Source: a bacterium
Lineage (GTDB): Bacteria; UBA8248
Reading direction: 5' to 3'
Assembly: GCA_965207065.1 (NCBI GenBank)
Contig: OZ242260.1
Location: forward strand, 2,848,001-2,912,000
Length of the DNA: 64,000 nt
Numbering within the stretch: the stretch's first letter is position 1; every line of letters begins with the position of its first letter. Positions 9,647 through 18,510 of this stretch are shown here, piece after piece. The notes under the pieces are model-generated. The model was not told the origin of the DNA and did no database searches. It saw nothing but the letters and a program-made list of their open reading frames with translations. The position numbers and the translations under genes were made by a program.

Positions 9647-10446
9647 GCTTTGCCCCCGTCTGTCAATACCCTGAAAACGGATATACACAAAATATATGCG
9701 ATTACCCACACCTTATCCCCAAATATTGTGTTTTCCTGTGGAAAACCGGCGCAAACAGGAAAACAAGGGCTGAAAACCGCTTCGCCGCCCCACGCAGCCT
9801 CGATTTCCGGAGCCTCGGCGCGCCTTGAATCGGGGGCGCAGGAGCGCGTGAACTCAAAGAGCGTGGCCGCCGGCCGGCGCGCTTTTGCCGCGCAGAACAA
9901 GCACCGGAAACGCCCGCAAACATGCTCCGGATGCGCCCGGAAGAGCGTCTGAAATTTATCGAAAAACCCCGTGAATTTATCTGTATTTATCGTATTTTTC
10001 GGAATTGTTCAGGGGTGATTGTCCTCGACTTCGCCGCCCCGGCCGCGTCCCGATGACTCCCTCTCTCACGCACTGACGACATGTCTGGAGAGTCATCGAA
10101 CGGGCCGATCTCCCGGCGGCGAGGCGCGGTTGCAAGAGCGAAGACCGCGCGTCGAGCAGGAGGATGGTACACCTTTCCGGAACGCGCACCTGCGGGGAAA
10201 TGCGCGCTTCCCGGCGGCGGACCTCATCGGCGCGCGCGCCCTCATCACCCAGGCGCTCGATGAGCGGGCCGCAAGTTTCCGCGAACGCTTCGGCATCCGC
10301 GCGTTCTCGGAGCGCGAGTCGCTCATGCTGCTGTTGAGGATATCGGAGTCGAGAGACGTGTTTTAGGGCAGGGCGTGCACGGATTCGAGGATAGGCGGCT
10401 TGGCGCAAGGTTGGCTGAGCGATGGATTATCGCAGCTACGCACCGC

Positions 10447-10812
10447 TCAGTCCTGCTCCAGGAGGACGGCCAGCTTCTCCAGCGCTTCGCCCACCACGCG
10501 CGGCGGAGCCTGCGACGCGAGGCGCGCCTTTCGCGCCCGCCAGTCGAGGCTCTTCACCTGATCGGCGAGCACCACGCCCGTAACGGGGCCATCGGCGGGG
10601 AGCGCCACCTCGAAGGGATAGCCCTTGGCTCTCGAAGTGACGGGACAGAGGAGCGCCAGACTGCTTTTCTCGTTATAGCTTCGCGGGCTGACGACCAGCG
10701 CGGGGCGGCGGCCCGCCTGCTCATGCCCCGCCTGGGGGGTGAAGGAGAGCCAGACGACGTCGCCCCTGCCCGGAACGTAGTCCGCGTCCGAAACCACCGG
10801 TCTCGCTACCAC
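10447..10812 (-). CDS. mazF: MazF/PemK-family endoribonuclease toxin
   Basis: YVPGRGDVVWLSFTPQAGHEQAGRRPALVVSP, CPVTSRAKGYPFEV, LADQVKSLDWRARKA. Confidence 0.95.
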   Translation of the reverse strand: MVARPVVSDADYVPGRGDVVWLSFTPQAGHEQAGRRPALVVSPRSYNEKSSLALLCPVTSRAKGYPFEVALPADGPVTGVVLADQVKSLDWRARKARLASQAPPRVVGEALEKLAVLLEQD

Positions 10813-11045
10813 GCCTCAATGCCCTGCGCCGGGCCTGCGTCCTGTTCGGCGTGGAGGTTGTCCGCGTTCATCTCAGCGAGCATGTCGGCCAGCCGGTAGC
10901 CTCTCTTGCGCATCACCACCCTGTCGCCGCGCGCGCTCATCTCGATGGCCGAACCCTCCCGGACGCCCCATTGCTCGGCGATGGGCTTCGGGATGCGGAC
11001 GGCCAGGCTGTCGCCCCACTTTGCGATATGCGATTTCGCGCCCAT
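10806..11045 (-). CDS. mazE: MazE/AbrB-family antitoxin
   Basis: IAKWGDSLAVRIPK AbrB motif, YRLADML; overlaps the mazF start. Confidence 0.93.
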   Translation of the reverse strand: MGAKSHIAKWGDSLAVRIPKPIAEQWGVREGSAIEMSARGDRVVMRKRGYRLADMLAEMNADNLHAEQDAGPAQGIEAW

Positions 11046-11251
11046 GCGGTTATCCTCCTCTCAAATATTTATATCTATAATATATATCTATTTGAAGGTG
11101 GTGTCGAAGGGAAGGGATTTCTTAATACTCACACCAGGCATGTTTGCAATTAATCCCCCCTTGATAAGCATCGACGACCGATATAATAGGTTTACGTTTA
11201 TGTTCGGTATTCCGGCGCATGCCGGAATGAAGGTGAAGAACCGCGTCCGCC

Positions 11252-11323
11252 GTAGGGACAGGCCCCTGTGCCTGTCCGAAGCCTCTCTTCCGGCAAGGGA
11301 CAACCACGGGGGGTTGTCCCTAC
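11252..11323. repeat. GTAG-family REP doublet (REPIN/BIME-like)
   Basis: GTAGGGACAGGCCCCTGTGCCTGTCC...GGGACAACCACGGGGGGTTGTCCCTAC inverted pair; related palindrome at 15566. Confidence 0.65.
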
Positions 11324-11533
11324 TGCGAAAACCAAAACTCCTCTTTTCTTGGTCGAGTGTGACTAAAAGGAACCGCATATATGTAGCCTGTGGTCGGAAG
11401 GCGAAAAGGGAGGGTCGCATTATGTGTGTGACAACCCCGAGGAGGGGTTGCCACCTACATACGGTGTGGATATTTCAATCCCGGTCTCGATAATCAACTC
11501 TGGCGTCGGTCGACCCCATCGGCGCGCGCTGAA

Positions 11534-12268
11534 TTATCCGCGTGTTTTGTCCGTGCTGAAAGCTCCAGGCATTTCGTCCCACGTCCTGTCGTCCAGCGTT
11601 CGGCCCGTCTTTTTCTTGAACACGCCGCCCCATTGCTTGAAGAAAAAGGGCGTACCGCTGTGCACGCAGTTGTCGCGAATCTCTCTCACCCAGTCCGGCT
11701 CCATAAGCCTTGCGCCCGGCCCGGATTCCCCGCCGACGATCACCCAGTCGATGCCTGTAAAGTCCAGGCCCGGCAAAGGACCCAGCAGGGGTTCGAGAGA
11801 GAGAAACTTCGTCCGGGCACCGGTTTCTCGGAGCGGCCCCAGACGTCCGAGCCATTTTTCGGATTCGATGCTCGCGCCGAGCCAGATGTTGGGCGTCCAG
11901 TTCAACTTCCTGCCGAGCAGAGCGGCCCGGCCCGGGCGCTTGGTGAGCACCTGAAACGTGTGCCGGGTCGAGCGGTTCATCACGTCGAAAACGGACTCGA
12001 TGAAACCGGACGGCACCGATTGATGAAACAGATCGGACATGGAGTTGACGAATACGAGGCGCGGTTTCTTCCATCTCAGGGGTTCATCGAGAGAGGACTC
12101 GTGGGTGGCGAGGGAGAACCCGTTCTTGTACTTCTCGACTCCCATACTTTGGAGCCGTTTCGACATTCTCTCGGCGTAGCAGTGCTTGCATCCGGGGCTG
12201 ATCTTCGTGCAGCCGGTCACCGGGTTCCAGGTCATCTCGGTCCACTCGATGCTGGAAATCGTCGACAT
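11534..12268 (-). CDS. DUF5131 / phage Gp37/Gp68-family protein (three-Cys motif)
   Basis: [71 protein letters not shown]. Confidence 0.92.
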   Translation of the reverse strand: MSTISSIEWTEMTWNPVTGCTKISPGCKHCYAERMSKRLQSMGVEKYKNGFSLATHESSLDEPLRWKKPRLVFVNSMSDLFHQSVPSGFIESVFDVMNRSTRHTFQVLTKRPGRAALLGRKLNWTPNIWLGASIESEKWLGRLGPLRETGARTKFLSLEPLLGPLPGLDFTGIDWVIVGGESGPGARLMEPDWVREIRDNCVHSGTPFFFKQWGGVFKKKTGRTLDDRTWDEMPGAFSTDKTRG

Positions 12269-12270
12269 GG

Positions 12271-12477
12271 CTAGATGTGCTCCAGTACGTGCTTTGCAAT
12301 CCGAGTAGCTGGCTTGATTCCTCTAGGATTGCCTACGCAAAATAAAAAAACAAACAACGCCGAATTCTTGGAATTTCTGAAAGTCCGGGAATTATTGAGA
12401 AACCGGTCTCCAAAGAGGTGTTCAAGGTTTCTCTTGTAGATGGAGATAAGGTTGTCTGTTTGACTCTTACGACGGGC
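12271..12477 (-). pseudogene. 3' remnant of a three-Cys-motif partner protein (TcmP-like) gene
   Basis: Start-less frame reading ...[56 protein letters not shown], ending 2 nt before the DUF5131 ATG; resembles TcmP C-termini. Confidence 0.6.
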
Positions 12478-12510
12478 TCATTTGATCTTAAGGGCTTATC
12501 AATGAACCAA

Positions 12511-12927
12511 TCAAATACTGAGAATGAATTCATCCTTGTACATGGTAAAATGAACTTCCGAAAGAAAATCCATGCCAAGCAATACATCAAAATTTTCAGG
12601 CTGGAACGGAAGTAGGGAAACTTCAATTTCCTTGCCTCGTAGATTGAGCCATGCTCCGGCTCCTCCCCCCGACGCCTCTATTTGATCTCCAATCGGGATG
12701 TCGACCTTGACCCTGTATTTTTCAGTTTGGATTGGATCCCCGCTGACGGGAATGATGTCGGTAAAACCGATGCTGGACAGTTTTCCTTCATCGACCACCT
12801 TCTGAGATATCATGGTGCCTTGCGCACCCGTATCCAGTATCGCCGGATAGGATTTAGGCTCGGTCCGCGCCGATGGCGGGCTCCCGATCGAAATGGCGAC
12901 AAACAGGCGGATTTCCCTGTTTTCCAC
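12511..12927 (-). CDS. Clan AA (retropepsin-like) aspartyl protease
   Basis: AILDTGAQGTMIS catalytic motif and DVLLGMDFL; start uncertain (upstream in-frame ATC-CCT-ACA may be a degenerate start). Confidence 0.8.
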   Translation of the reverse strand: MENREIRLFVAISIGSPPSARTEPKSYPAILDTGAQGTMISQKVVDEGKLSSIGFTDIIPVSGDPIQTEKYRVKVDIPIGDQIEASGGGAGAWLNLRGKEIEVSLLPFQPENFDVLLGMDFLSEVHFTMYKDEFILSI

Positions 12928-12965
12928 TCGACCCCGGAATGTAGGGATTTAGAGTTTATTTGACT

Positions 12966-13208
12966 TCAGGATTTGGGTAGACACATGGTGAAAACGCCGA
13001 GAGATATTGGCGGTTCGCCAATTTTTTCAATCGAGAAATTACCGAGACCGAATTTCTCGCAGCCAATCGCATATGCGTCACCGCTATCGTCATATATTTC
13101 CACAACTTCCCCGTCATGGAGCAATGCCGCCCTTCCGAAGTGTTCGGCCTCCATTTCTTCCTTTATGGCGTTGTACGCAGCTCGGTTCTTAACAAGCTGT
13201 GAGTTCAT
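12966..13208 (-). CDS. Small DUF5678-like protein
   Basis: N..AY....EEM...H.GR.AL.HDGEVVEIYDD..DAY..G.EKFG pattern; RBS GGAGG; directly upstream of the aspartyl protease. Confidence 0.65.
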   Translation of the reverse strand: MNSQLVKNRAAYNAIKEEMEAEHFGRAALLHDGEVVEIYDDSGDAYAIGCEKFGLGNFSIEKIGEPPISLGVFTMCLPKS

Positions 13209-13378
13209 CTTCCTACCCTCCCGCAAGTAGGCGAATATCAATCCCTGAAGGATTGAAAATCATCGCATATTTTTAGCTGGAAGTTAACTCTATATTCACA
13301 GTTCATACTCCCACCTGGCAAGGACAAGTGATTATGCTTGTCCTTCAAGCGTAAAGCGGCACTGCTCCCGCCGGAAAT

Positions 13379-13640
13379 TCATTCCCGGAACAAATCGGAG
13401 TGCGAACCCGTGCGGACGAGGCGCAACTCGTTTCCTCTGATGCGGTAGATCAAGAGCCAGTCCGGCTCGAAGTGGGCTTATTGGGATCCTCTCCATATTC
13501 CGCGCAGCGGATGATCGAGATTGCGCGCAGGCAGCGGCTCCTGGCGGATGAGCGAGTTGAGCAACTCCCGCAGTTTGGTGAGGTCTTTCCCTCGCCTCCG
13601 GGCTCTTCTCACGTCGCGCTTGAATTGCGATGAACCAGTA
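13379..13640 (-). pseudogene. yafQ: YafQ-family toxin pseudogene
   Basis: SSQFKRDVRRARRRGKDLTKL...LDHPLRGIWRGSQ*AHFEPDWLLIYRIRGNELRLVRTGSHSDLF; internal TAA at 13478-13480 and no intact start. Confidence 0.85.
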
Positions 13641-13641
13641 C

Positions 13642-13899
13642 TTACAGACCCAAATCCTCGAACAACTCCTCGGCGCTGTCGAAGCGCTCCCCCTTGCCCT
13701 CGTCGAGTTCTTTCATCGCCTTGCGGGTGGCGGGGTTCGGCGCGCGGACGACGAAGGGCAGCCTTCGCTCCTCCGCCACGCGCATCATGAGCAGGCGAAT
13801 CGCATCCGATACCGAAAGGCCCATCGCGTTCAGCGCCTCCGTGGCACGGGCCTTGGTCTCGCTGTCGATTCGGGCGCGGACTACAGTATCCGTCGGCAT
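13642..13899 (-). CDS. dinJ: RelB/DinJ-family antitoxin
   Basis: VVRARIDSETKARA..AL.AMGLSVSDAIRL...RLPF...PNPAT.KAM...EELFEDLGL; palindrome TGTAGCTACA upstream (13928-13937). Confidence 0.9.
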   Translation of the reverse strand: MPTDTVVRARIDSETKARATEALNAMGLSVSDAIRLLMMRVAEERRLPFVVRAPNPATRKAMKELDEGKGERFDSAEELFEDLGL

Positions 13900-14072
13900 T
13901 TGGCGTCCTCCTCTCGTGTAGCCTCATTGTAGCTACATCACCTCGTCCCCCATGTCAAGGGCAATTCCCTGTGGTTTTAGACTGAATCCCTCCCCCCGTT
14001 TGGCATCGGCGCGGAACCTTGGTCTAATGGTCGCGGTTTTTTTCGTTGAGCGCCTTACCCGAAGGAGGAAGT

Positions 14073-15479
14073 ATGGCGGCGTATGACGTGGCGGTGATCG
14101 GAGGGGGGCCTGCGGGCTATGTGGCGGGCGTGCGCGTCGCGCAGAGCGGCGGAAGCTGCGTGGTCATCGAGCGCGACGAGCTGGGCGGCACCTGCCTGAA
14201 CTGGGGCTGCATCCCCAGCAAGAGCTTAATCGCCGCCGCGGAAGTTTTGAGGAACATCAGGAACGCGGACGCCTACGGGGTCGAAGTCACGGGCGAGGTG
14301 CGCGCCGACCTCGCCGCCATGGTCGAGCGCAAGGACAAGATTGTCGCAGGCCTGGTGAAGGGAATCGGCGGGCTGTTCAGGGCCCACGGGGTGGACCACA
14401 TGGCGGGCGACGCCGAGATTCTGGAGATGGGCAAGATTTCCGTGCGCGGAAAAGAAGGGGAACACGAGATAGTCGAGGCCGATAAGATCATCATCTGCAC
14501 CGGTTCCCGGCCCGCGCAGATTCCCGCCTTTCCCATCGACGGCAATAAAATCATTTCTTCCGAGCAGGCCGTGCACCTGAAATATCTGCCCGAGCGGTTG
14601 CTCATCGTCGGCGCGGGCGTCATCGGCTGTGAGTTCGCGTGTCTCTATAAAGAGCTTGGCGCCAGGGTCGTCATGGTGGAGTTGCTCGACCGGGTCCTGC
14701 CGCTGGGTGATGAGGATGTCTCGAAACTCATGGCGCGTGAATTAAGAAAACAGAAGATCAAGGTGCGCCTGAATGAGAAGTTAACGGGCGTCTCGCGCAA
14801 GGATGATGAGATGGTCGCGCAATTCGAGGGTTCGGACGAAGAAGAGCGCGCGGACCTCGTGCTCGTCTCCGTGGGCCGGACGATGAACACCGACGGCCTG
14901 GGTCTCGAGCGAATCGGCGTCGAACTCGGCCCGCGCGGCGAGATCAAGGTGAACGAGATGATGGAGACGAACGTGGCGGGAGTCTACGCGGCGGGCGACG
15001 TGGTGGGCGAGCCCATGCTCGCGCACGTGGCCTCGGCGGAAGGGGTCGCTGCGGCGGAAAACGCCATGGGCGCGGAGATACGGATGGATTACCGCGCGAT
15101 TCCGGCGGGCATCTTCACGCATCCCGAGATCGGCGTCGTCGGCATGGCCGAACACGAGGCGGAGAAGGCGGGTCACGCGGTGCGCGTGGGCAAGTTCTCG
15201 GTTCGCGCTCTCGGCAAGGCGCAGGCCGAACGCGCGCTGGAAGGCGAGGTGAAGGTCATCGCCGACGCGGGGGATGACGCCATTCTGGGCGTGCACATCG
15301 TGGGCGCCCACGCCGCCGACATCGTGCACGAGGCCGCCGTCGCCATGCAGCACCGCGTAACCGCCTCCGACCTGGCCGGCACCATCCACTCCCACCCCAC
15401 GCTTTCGGAAGCCGTCATGGAGGCGGCATTGGACGTGCACGGCGAGGCCATCCACGCCCCGCCGAGGAAACGTTCATAA
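14073..15479 (+). CDS. lpdA: Dihydrolipoyl dehydrogenase
   Basis: GGGPAGY, LGGTCLNWGCIPSK redox disulfide, GAGVIG, HSHPTLSE; RBS GGAGG. Confidence 0.96.
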   Translation: MAAYDVAVIGGGPAGYVAGVRVAQSGGSCVVIERDELGGTCLNWGCIPSKSLIAAAEVLRNIRNADAYGVEVTGEVRADLAAMVERKDKIVAGLVKGIGGLFRAHGVDHMAGDAEILEMGKISVRGKEGEHEIVEADKIIICTGSRPAQIPAFPIDGNKIISSEQAVHLKYLPERLLIVGAGVIGCEFACLYKELGARVVMVELLDRVLPLGDEDVSKLMARELRKQKIKVRLNEKLTGVSRKDDEMVAQFEGSDEEERADLVLVSVGRTMNTDGLGLERIGVELGPRGEIKVNEMMETNVAGVYAAGDVVGEPMLAHVASAEGVAAAENAMGAEIRMDYRAIPAGIFTHPEIGVVGMAEHEAEKAGHAVRVGKFSVRALGKAQAERALEGEVKVIADAGDDAILGVHIVGAHAADIVHEAAVAMQHRVTASDLAGTIHSHPTLSEAVMEAALDVHGEAIHAPPRKRS

Positions 15480-15565
15480 GGGGTTGTTGACCCTCCCCCG
15501 AATCGGAAGTGTTCACCGTCATTCCGGTGTCGGTCCCGACTGAAGAAGGGGGGCTGCGGAATCTT

Positions 15566-15593
15566 GTAGGGACAGGTCGCGACCTGTCCCTAC
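15566..15593. repeat. Perfect 28-bp GTAG-type REP palindrome
   Basis: GTAGGGACAGGTCG-CGACCTGTCCCTAC. Confidence 0.8.
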
Positions 15594-15673
15594 GGGTAAT
15601 AAAGTGACTCGGCGTATGCAGTTGACCGGGGAAAGAGGAGACAACATTCCTCCCTTGTAGAGCACTCAACAAC

Positions 15674-15879
15674 CACTCCCCCCTTGAGGGGGTCGGGCTT
15701 CCCGAGGGGAAAGCCCGACAGAGGCCGAGTCCTTTGGACGAAGGCCGATGTGGTGGGGGGTGACTCGCGTTAATTGTGCATTCCGAATCATACCCCCCAC
15801 CGACTCGCTTTCGGGCTTGCGCCCTCAGCTCTTCGTCGGTCTACCCGAGGAGGATAGACCGACCCTCAAGGGGGGAGTG
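15674..15879. repeat. ~200-bp imperfect palindromic repeat element
   Basis: 17-bp inverted ends CACTCCCCCCTTGAGGG / CCCTCAAGGGGGGAGTG with two internal GTCGG...CCGAC hairpins. Confidence 0.65.
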
Positions 15880-15960
15880 AAATTTAGCGCGCTCCTTTTG
15901 TGGACTTTTTCAACAACCCCTATAGAGGCCCTCGAAACAGCTTGGCGGATTCCGTGGCGG

Positions 15961-16941
15961 CTAATACGGCACGTCGATGAGCATTCCATCGCCGGAGCGC
16001 ATGTCTTCTTCCAATAGCTCGCGCATCGCCCTGGTCACCGGGCCGGGCTTTCCGTCCCCGATGACCTGATCGTCCCACTGCACCACGGGGGCGACGTATA
16101 TCGAGCTACCGATCAGCATCATCTCGGCGGACGCCTTGGCCTCGGCCACGGGAATGTCGTCCACCACCACGTCTTTGATGACGCCTTGATCCACGAGTCG
16201 GCTCGCGAGTTCTAAAAGCCGCTTCACCGTGCAGCCCGAAAGAATGTTCTCGAACCTGGGATGCCGCAGTACGCCGTCCGCCGTCACGAAGGCGCAGTTC
16301 ATGTTCGAGCCCTCGCCTACGTTCCCCGCCTCGTCCACGAAGATGCCGTTGTCGAGGCCGTGTTCCTTCGCCTCCATCTGCATGAGGGTGTTGGGCAGGT
16401 AGTTCGTGCTCTTGGTGACCGCGTAGAGCGGCGGCTTGATGGGGTAGGTGGTCGTCATCACGCGCATTCCCTCGGCGTAGTAGCGCTCGGGGTAGTCGAG
16501 GCCGCCGAAGATCATCACGAAAAAGGCGGGCTTGGCGTCGCCTGCGGGTATCAGCCCCAGGTTGCCGGTGCCGGAAGAAGCCCAGTAGCGGATCGAGCCC
16601 TCGCGGCGGCCTGAGAGCGCGCTCGTGCGGATGACGATCTCGCGCATCTCCTCGCGGCTCGGGAGTTCGAGCTTGGAAGCCTCCGCTGAGCGGATGAAGC
16701 GGTCCAGGTGGTTCTCCAGGTCGTAGATCTTCCCCTCGATGATGGCCGCCGTGTCGAAGATGCCGTGACCCCGGTGGACCATGTGGTCGTCGAAGGGGAT
16801 GACCATCAGGTCGGGGTCCGTCACCACGCCGCCCAGGTGGCTCGAGTAAAACGCCGAATAATCGACCTCCTGCGCCGCGCGCAGGTTCTTGAGACTATCG
16901 AGAACGTCCTCTCTCGTGAGGGCGTTTATGCTTTCCGACAT
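15961..16941 (-). CDS. Class IV PLP aminotransferase (D-amino-acid transaminase/ADC-lyase-like)
   Basis: DDHMVHRGHGIFDTA, HLDRF, KSTNYLPN with PLP Lys, EGSNMN, ILSGCT; RBS AAGGAG. Confidence 0.9.
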   Translation of the reverse strand: MSESINALTREDVLDSLKNLRAAQEVDYSAFYSSHLGGVVTDPDLMVIPFDDHMVHRGHGIFDTAAIIEGKIYDLENHLDRFIRSAEASKLELPSREEMREIVIRTSALSGRREGSIRYWASSGTGNLGLIPAGDAKPAFFVMIFGGLDYPERYYAEGMRVMTTTYPIKPPLYAVTKSTNYLPNTLMQMEAKEHGLDNGIFVDEAGNVGEGSNMNCAFVTADGVLRHPRFENILSGCTVKRLLELASRLVDQGVIKDVVVDDIPVAEAKASAEMMLIGSSIYVAPVVQWDDQVIGDGKPGPVTRAMRELLEEDMRSGDGMLIDVPY

Positions 16942-17119
16942 GGTCTTCTCCTTATGCCTTACAGCTTTACCCCGGAAATTCGGGAACCATTCTTTTGGAT
17001 GAAACCTCATATCATTCGAATTTGTCCGCATGATGCCGTGTGGGTGATTTTCGGGCAAGGGCCTGCTACATTATCGCCCGGTTGGTTCGGGCAGATAGGG
17101 TGTGCTGGAGGCATGGTCG

Positions 17120-18262
17120 ATGCAGGACGATCTTTATTTGAACGACGAGCAGAAGATGGTGCGTCAGATGACGCGGGATTTCTGCGAGCGCGAGATCGCT
17201 CCCCGGGCGTCGGAGATAGACGAGGGCCGCTTCCCGGCGGAGGTCGTGAAGAGCATGGGCGAACTCGGGCTGATGGGCCTCACCGTGCCGGATTCCTACG
17301 GCGGAGGGGGCGCGGACCCCGTCTCGATGGCGCTGGCGACCGAAGAGGTTGCGGCCGCGTGTCCTTCGACGAGCGCGATTTTCGCCGCGCACAACTCGCT
17401 GGTCTGCGAGCCTGTCCATCGCTTCGGCAGCGAGGGGCAAAAAGAACAATTTCTGCGCGGCCTGGCGAGCGGTGTGTGCATCGGCGCATTCGCCCTGACG
17501 GAGCCGGGCGCGGGTTCGGACGCCGCCTCGCTCACCACCAGCGCCGTGCGCGAAGGGGACGCCTACCGCATCAACGGCGTCAAGCGCTTCATCACCAGCG
17601 GCAAGCAGTCGGGCCTGTGCCTTCTCTTCGCGGTGACCGATCGCGCCATGCGCCACAAGGGGCTGAGCGCCTTCCTGGTTCCGCGCGAATCCCGAGGCTT
17701 CGAGGTCGTGCGCAGCGAGGACAAGATGGGGATGCACGGCTGTTCGATATCAGAGCTTCGCTTCGACGCCGTGGAACTGCCCGAGGCGAACCGCATGGGG
17801 GAGGAGGGGCAGGGCTTCGAACTCGCGATGCGGATACTCGATTCGGGTCGTATCATCGTCGCAGCCCAGGGTCTGGGCTTCGCGCGGGCGTGTCTCGACG
17901 CCTCGGTGGCCTATGCGCGCGAGCGCGAGACGTTCGGCGTCCCGATCAAGGATCACCAGCCTGTTGCGTGGAAGCTCGCTGACATGGCCACGCGCGTCCA
18001 CGGCGCGCGTCTGCTCACCATGAAGGCGGCGCGGCTCAAGGCGGCTGGCGCGCCCTATTCGGCCGAAGCCTCTATCGCCAAGGTGTTCGCCACCGACGCC
18101 GCCCAGCGTAACGCGGAAGAAGGCGTTCAACTCCACGGGGGCAACGGCTACATGCGCGAGTATCCCGTGGAGCGCTTCTACCGGGCTTCGAAGGTGACGC
18201 AGATCTACGAGGGCACGAACGAGATACTCCGTCAGGTCATCGCCAAGCACCTGCTCAACTGA
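17120..18262 (+). CDS. Acyl-CoA dehydrogenase
   Basis: FALTEPGAGSDA, INGVKRFIT, KMGMHG, QLHGGNGYMREYPVER, QIYEGTNEI. Confidence 0.95.
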   Translation: MQDDLYLNDEQKMVRQMTRDFCEREIAPRASEIDEGRFPAEVVKSMGELGLMGLTVPDSYGGGGADPVSMALATEEVAAACPSTSAIFAAHNSLVCEPVHRFGSEGQKEQFLRGLASGVCIGAFALTEPGAGSDAASLTTSAVREGDAYRINGVKRFITSGKQSGLCLLFAVTDRAMRHKGLSAFLVPRESRGFEVVRSEDKMGMHGCSISELRFDAVELPEANRMGEEGQGFELAMRILDSGRIIVAAQGLGFARACLDASVAYARERETFGVPIKDHQPVAWKLADMATRVHGARLLTMKAARLKAAGAPYSAEASIAKVFATDAAQRNAEEGVQLHGGNGYMREYPVERFYRASKVTQIYEGTNEILRQVIAKHLLN

Positions 18263-18314
18263 AAAGAAACCCGCCCGCCGCCCATTATCGAGTAACATTC
18301 AAGTAAGAAACTGT

Positions 18315-18380
18315 TTTGTCGCTCACGTATGAACGACAAAGCTGTTTGTCGCTCACTTTTGGGCTAAAGTGAGCGACAAG
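18315..18380. repeat. Left palindromic repeat flanking the Fic gene
   Basis: Alternating TTTGTCGCTCA / TGA(A/G)CGACAA units; direct-repeat partner at 19628-19690. Confidence 0.75.
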
Positions 18381-18510
18381 AGCATCGTCGATTTCATTTT
18401 CAAGAGAGAAATTGTAACATTAAGGGCTAGTTCCGGGGTGACTGAGTGCTTTTTTGCGCGTTGACAGTCATCATCATTCACCAATGTATAAAGAGTTTTG
18501 GAGAGGACTG

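Larger units (their letters stand above)
15479..15921. mobile_element. Non-autonomous MITE-like element with nested palindromic repeats
   Basis: 12-bp terminal inverted repeats AGGGGTTGTTGA / TCAACAACCCCT flanked by ATA direct repeats (15476-15478, 15922-15924); no transposase inside. Confidence 0.6.

Noticed and set aside
9567-9960. Cobalamin riboswitch upstream of nrdJ
   Set aside because: No recognisable B12-box; the region is explained by a promoter and NrdR-like boxes
10019-10366. Possible small plus-strand CDS
   Set aside because: TTG start, no clear RBS and no recognisable family; cannot be supported
13478-13480. Recoding of the internal yafQ stop
   Set aside because: It is TAA, not TGA/TAG, and the start is also lost, so pseudogene is the simpler reading
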